Of a DNA stretch of 64,000 nt, positions 59,915-64,000 are shown in pieces; the stretch's first letter is position 1; every line of letters starts with the position of its first letter. The notes under the pieces are model-generated. The model was not told where the DNA came from and did no database searches. It was given only the letters and a program-made list of their open reading frames with translations. This stretch comes from Bacteroidota bacterium. GTDB taxonomy: Bacteria > Bacteroidota > Bacteroidia > 2-12-FULL-35-15. Position numbers and translations under genes: made by a program. Where the stretch lies: positions 9,168-73,167 of the forward strand of contig JAHEXZ010000019.1 in assembly GCA_023251835.1 (NCBI GenBank). The letters are read 5' to 3'.

Positions 59915-61936
59915 ATGAATCGTTTTCAAATTTTTTTCTTGTTTTTTTTATTAATTGCTGTATCTCCTGTTGTTGCTCAGGATGAAAAACCCTGTCAGGA
60001 GATAGATAATAAAAAAGCAAAAAAATTATACGAGCAGGGCACTGACAGAAAAAATAAAAAAGAAGAACGTCTTGCGTTTCTTAAACAAGCATTAGACTTA
60101 GAACCGGATTATATAGATGCTAATTTTGCTTATGCAGAAGAACGTATTAAAACATTAATCTATGAGAATGCTTCATTTAAGCCTGCCGAGCCTTATTTTA
60201 AGAAAGTAATCGAGATCTGTCCTAAATATCATTCCGATCCTTATTATTACCTGGGATTTATTTACTATGAAGAAGAAAACTGGGAAGAAGCAAGCAAATA
60301 CCTCAAACAGTTTCTGGATTTTAAAGAAGATGATGAAAAGAAATATAATAAAAGTTATGATAGCTTTTTATATCAGGCCAAAGAAATGCTGCGTTATGCA
60401 AAGCTCTATGGAGATTTATTTAAAAACCCCGTTCCTTTCGATCCCAATCCTGTTGCTGGAATATGTACTGAAAGAGATGAATACCTCCCCATCATTTCAC
60501 CTGATGATGAAATGATTTTATTTACACGCAAGGAACCTTATAGTGATAGAAGCGGTATAGCCGGTGTAATTACTGACAAAGAACAGGAATTATTCAGCTA
60601 TAGTAAACGTGAACCTGAAACAAGACAATTTGATAAAGGAAAACGAATGCCATACCCATTCAACAAAAATGGCAGTGAGGGTGGTGCAACCATGTCCATA
60701 GATAATAAACATTTGTTTTTTACTGTGTGTAAAAATGATGGTGGCGCACAGGCAAACTGTGATATTTATTATTCAGACCTTGTAAATGGCCAATGGACAG
60801 AGGCACAAAAGGTAGAAGGCATTAACGATCCTGTATTTTGGGATTCCCAGCCATCTTTAGCTTCGGACGGTAAAACATTATATTTCTGTAGCGATCGCAG
60901 GGGCGGACGTGGTGGTGTTGACATATACAAAACTGTTAAAAATACAGCTACAGGTGTATGGAGTACTCCCGAAAATCTTGGACCGGTAATTAATACCAGC
61001 GGTAATGAGATGTCGCCATTTGTTCACTCCGATTTTCAGACGCTTTACTTTTCATCAGACGGACATCCGGGAGTTGGAGGGGCTGATATTTTTATTGCCC
61101 GTAAAGGCGATGACGGCAAATGGATGGAACCTAAAAACATTGGAGTTCCAATCAATACTACCGGTGACGACTTAGGATTTTTTGTGAGTACTGACGGACA
61201 TCTTGGTTATTTTGCATCCAACCTGCCATCGCGTGCCAAAGGTAAATCAATCGGGGGCTATGATATTTATTCATTTGAGTTGTATAAGGAAGTTCGTCCC
61301 GATGCAGTAGCCTTTATAAAAGGTAAAGTGGAAGACAAGGCCAATGGAACGGATAAAAAATTTAATGTTGAAATAAAAGATGCAAGCAGTAAAAAAGTAA
61401 CAGATGCTGTAGTTGATACCTCAAGTGGTGAATACATGGCCATTGTAAATACAAAAGTGAAAAACGACCTGATTGTTACGGTGAAAAAAGATAACTATGC
61501 ATTCAGCTCCCAGTTGATTTCTAAAGATTCTATTGCTGGTTCAAAACCTATGAAAGTAAGCACCATTGCTGTAGATTCAATTAAAACAGGACAAACGTAT
61601 ACACTCAACAACATTTATTATAGAACCAATTCAGCCGATCTGGATCCTCGTTCGCTGATTGTTATTGATGAATTTGTAGAATTTTTAAAAGCAAACCCAA
61701 ATGTAAAAATTGAAGTATATGGCCATACCGACAATGTAGGTAATGATCAATCCAACCTTGCCTTATCTACCGATCGCGCGTTTACAGTACGCGACTTACT
61801 GCTCACAAAAGGAATTTCGGAAAAACGGCTGATCGCCTTTAAAGGATTCGGAGCAACCCAACCCATTGCAGATAATTTAACAGAAACTGGCAGAGCTAAA
61901 AACAGAAGAACAGAGTTTGCGATTGTGGAGAGGTAA
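59915..61936 (+). CDS. TPR + PD40 + OmpA-like peptidoglycan-binding protein (PorE-like architecture)
   Basis: N-terminal TPR, P.ISPD/LYF.SDR.GG.GG.DIY repeats, GHTDNVG...LS..RA...NRRTEF. Confidence 0.9.
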   Translation: MNRFQIFFLFFLLIAVSPVVAQDEKPCQEIDNKKAKKLYEQGTDRKNKKEERLAFLKQALDLEPDYIDANFAYAEERIKTLIYENASFKPAEPYFKKVIEICPKYHSDPYYYLGFIYYEEENWEEASKYLKQFLDFKEDDEKKYNKSYDSFLYQAKEMLRYAKLYGDLFKNPVPFDPNPVAGICTERDEYLPIISPDDEMILFTRKEPYSDRSGIAGVITDKEQELFSYSKREPETRQFDKGKRMPYPFNKNGSEGGATMSIDNKHLFFTVCKNDGGAQANCDIYYSDLVNGQWTEAQKVEGINDPVFWDSQPSLASDGKTLYFCSDRRGGRGGVDIYKTVKNTATGVWSTPENLGPVINTSGNEMSPFVHSDFQTLYFSSDGHPGVGGADIFIARKGDDGKWMEPKNIGVPINTTGDDLGFFVSTDGHLGYFASNLPSRAKGKSIGGYDIYSFELYKEVRPDAVAFIKGKVEDKANGTDKKFNVEIKDASSKKVTDAVVDTSSGEYMAIVNTKVKNDLIVTVKKDNYAFSSQLISKDSIAGSKPMKVSTIAVDSIKTGQTYTLNNIYYRTNSADLDPRSLIVIDEFVEFLKANPNVKIEVYGHTDNVGNDQSNLALSTDRAFTVRDLLLTKGISEKRLIAFKGFGATQPIADNLTETGRAKNRRTEFAIVER

Positions 61937-61942
61937 CAAAAA

Positions 61943-63673
61943 TTACCAGAAAAAAATATCACTAACCGAATGAGGCTGTTCACGGCCTCTCCAGCCAAAA
62001 TCCTTTAACCGCATATCTTTCATATTCACCTGATTTAGCGGGTAAAGTGTTGCTTCCGGCTTTGTGATAAATGTGATGTGATCAATTTTTTTATCCTTCA
62101 TATAAATATTTAATTTACCGCAATCAGTGCGGTTCACAGCCGTCAGCTTATCTTTATCCTTAGCAAAATAAATGGTTTGACCATTCCCATCTACCTTAAT
62201 AAGATACAATTCATTTTTCTTAAAAAAACCTTTTATATATTTCCCCTTTATTTGATTATATCGCAAACTATCTTCCTGAGATGCAATAAACCCACCGGTA
62301 GTTAATTCAATGGATTGAATGGCTTTTCCTCCTGTTTGTATCTTCATACTATCTGCTGTCAACTGGTTTGCCTCCGACCAAATCACAGGTTTACCATACA
62401 ATCTCATCATAGAATCAGACATTGTATAAACCATTGAATCGCATTTACCTTGTAAATCGTTTTTAAAAAATTTTACTTTATGATACGCATACAAACGTTT
62501 TCCTTTTTTACCAGTGGCTGTTTCAGTAGCATATATTGTTTCTGTGCCACTACCCTGTGATTCATTTTCCTGCGTTCTTCGTTTTTTACTTTTTGAATCT
62601 TTATCCTTATTTTTTGAATCCCTGCCTTTATTTTTTGTTTCCTGAACAACTATTTTCCGGGGGATAGAATCCTTCGGAACGCTGTCTCCTATGGCTTTTA
62701 AGGTATCCGCATGCACGTATAACGTATCTTTTTCATACTGTTGCGTCAACAATGCATGCCCTGTAACATACGATAAATCAACCAACTCATGATGAATAGC
62801 ATAATCACCGCCAATTATTATATTTTGAGTGGTATCAATAATCAACACATTTCCAAAAGCTTTTCCAAGCCCTTGTTTACGATCGTAATATAAACTATCA
62901 CCAGACATTTTCTGTTCTTTGCTGATGATATACGCTTTTTTGCTGAAGCGCGAAACATCATTATTGGTATCGTACCAGCCCGCTTCGCAATAAATCAGAT
63001 TTTCTTTACTTTTTATAATTGTAGGCCCCAGGAAATACGTCATTTTAGAAACTGTATTATACTGCATGGTATCGCAATTGATTGTAAACTGAGGATTGGT
63101 AAGCACCACATTTTTTTTAAAACTCACATCATTTGTTTTAGAAAAGTAGGTTCCACGTTCACTGGTAAGTACATTGTCTTTATTGACAATACGCCCGGGA
63201 GTGGTATAATAGCCAATGCCAGCTGCAATATCATAATTGAGTATATCTGTAGTAAGCTTCATGTCACCTTTATCCACTACTACATTGTTGGTTAAAATGG
63301 CTAATTTGGCATCCCCATTATATTTCAGCAAATCACCATATAAGTTAACACCGTCAGCCTGTTGTATATGCACGTGGCCGAAAGCATCCAATGAATTATC
63401 GGAATAGAAATAAGCACTGTCACAAAACATTAAGACATTTTCATGTTTGAATTGTACATCACCAATCAGTCGTTTAGCTCCTTCGGCAATATTGTTTGCG
63501 AACTTTAATGAACCAGCATTCACAATCTCTACTTTTTTTTGAGCAGGAGAAAGAAAAGAAATTAATAATAAAGAAAAAAAGAAAATCTTCCCTATCCATC
63601 TCTCCCCTGTTCCCCGAGACAGGATCCGGAGAGGAAACCGGGAAGCGTCAATTTTCTCATTTAACTGTATCAT
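61943..63673 (-). CDS. OstA-like (LptA/LptD N-domain) beta-jellyroll protein
   Basis: GDVQF.H....MFCDSAYFY, AFGHV.I.Q, LQGKCDS..Y, YNQIKG, L.DF.W. Confidence 0.87.
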   Translation of the reverse strand: MIQLNEKIDASRFPLRILSRGTGERWIGKIFFFSLLLISFLSPAQKKVEIVNAGSLKFANNIAEGAKRLIGDVQFKHENVLMFCDSAYFYSDNSLDAFGHVHIQQADGVNLYGDLLKYNGDAKLAILTNNVVVDKGDMKLTTDILNYDIAAGIGYYTTPGRIVNKDNVLTSERGTYFSKTNDVSFKKNVVLTNPQFTINCDTMQYNTVSKMTYFLGPTIIKSKENLIYCEAGWYDTNNDVSRFSKKAYIISKEQKMSGDSLYYDRKQGLGKAFGNVLIIDTTQNIIIGGDYAIHHELVDLSYVTGHALLTQQYEKDTLYVHADTLKAIGDSVPKDSIPRKIVVQETKNKGRDSKNKDKDSKSKKRRTQENESQGSGTETIYATETATGKKGKRLYAYHKVKFFKNDLQGKCDSMVYTMSDSMMRLYGKPVIWSEANQLTADSMKIQTGGKAIQSIELTTGGFIASQEDSLRYNQIKGKYIKGFFKKNELYLIKVDGNGQTIYFAKDKDKLTAVNRTDCGKLNIYMKDKKIDHITFITKPEATLYPLNQVNMKDMRLKDFGWRGREQPHSVSDIFFW

Positions 63674-63724
63674 TTAATAACTATTTTGGAAACACTCCTC
63701 ATAGAGGAGCGAGAGGTGGAGCCA

Positions 63725-64000
63725 TTATGGAAGAGCGGGAGAAGGAGTTCTCGTCAAGGTTTGAGTACGATCAGGTCCAACGGAAACAATTGAAATAGGC
63801 ACTCCCGCCTCGCGTTCAATAAATGCAATATATTCATTCAATGCTTCAGGCAGTTGTTCAGGATTGTTAAGCCCTGTTAAATCCTGGTTCCATCCTTTTA
63901 ATTCTTTGTAAACAGGAGATAGCAATTCAGGTGCATATTCATAAGGAAGATAATCAATTTTTCTGCCCTGGTAATTGTAGTGAGTACACACCTTAATGGT
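63725..64000 (-). CDS. purA: Adenylosuccinate synthetase, C-terminal fragment (runs off the window)
   Basis: IKVCT.Y...P.Y....GW...LP.....YI.FIE...GVPI.IVSVGPDR.QT. Confidence 0.93.
   Translation of the reverse strand, partial: TIKVCTHYNYQGRKIDYLPYEYAPELLSPVYKELKGWNQDLTGLNNPEQLPEALNEYIAFIEREAGVPISIVSVGPDRTQTLTRTPSPALP

Overview
AT-rich Bacteroidota chromosomal segment, judged from T9SS sorting signals, TTTG-N19/20-TAnnTTTG promoters and Bacteroidota-type T6SS genes. The centrepiece is a subtype-iii type VI secretion locus at 23.0-37.7 kb: tssB, tssC, three tandem hcp, an intervening T9SS type-B PKD protein, vgrG, tssE, tssF, tssG, tssN, tssK, tssO. No clpV, tssP or tssR is seen in the window. 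A convergent minus-strand effector cassette follows: a truncated Tae4-like amidase, a PAAR with a PFCEKC tail, a truncated RelA/SpoT-type HD hydrolase, a 117-aa protein, an unrecognised 527-aa candidate effector, a 260-aa candidate immunity protein and a DUF4123 adaptor. Upstream lie a 3158-aa T9SS cargo with 21 Cys-rich repeats, two secreted fibre/collagen-like proteins, and an internally deleted IS1380 abutting the tssB promoter. Downstream are a chelatase/PepSY pair, an FNR-box-associated U32/ferredoxin operon and housekeeping genes (TonB receptor, aroC, AsmA, OmpA/PD40, OstA-like, purA). The window is rich in REP/MITE-like elements, several of which sit in frame inside housekeeping genes (aroC, ubiD-family, OstA-like, purA 3' end). 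All family calls come from motifs recognised by eye; no database search was run.
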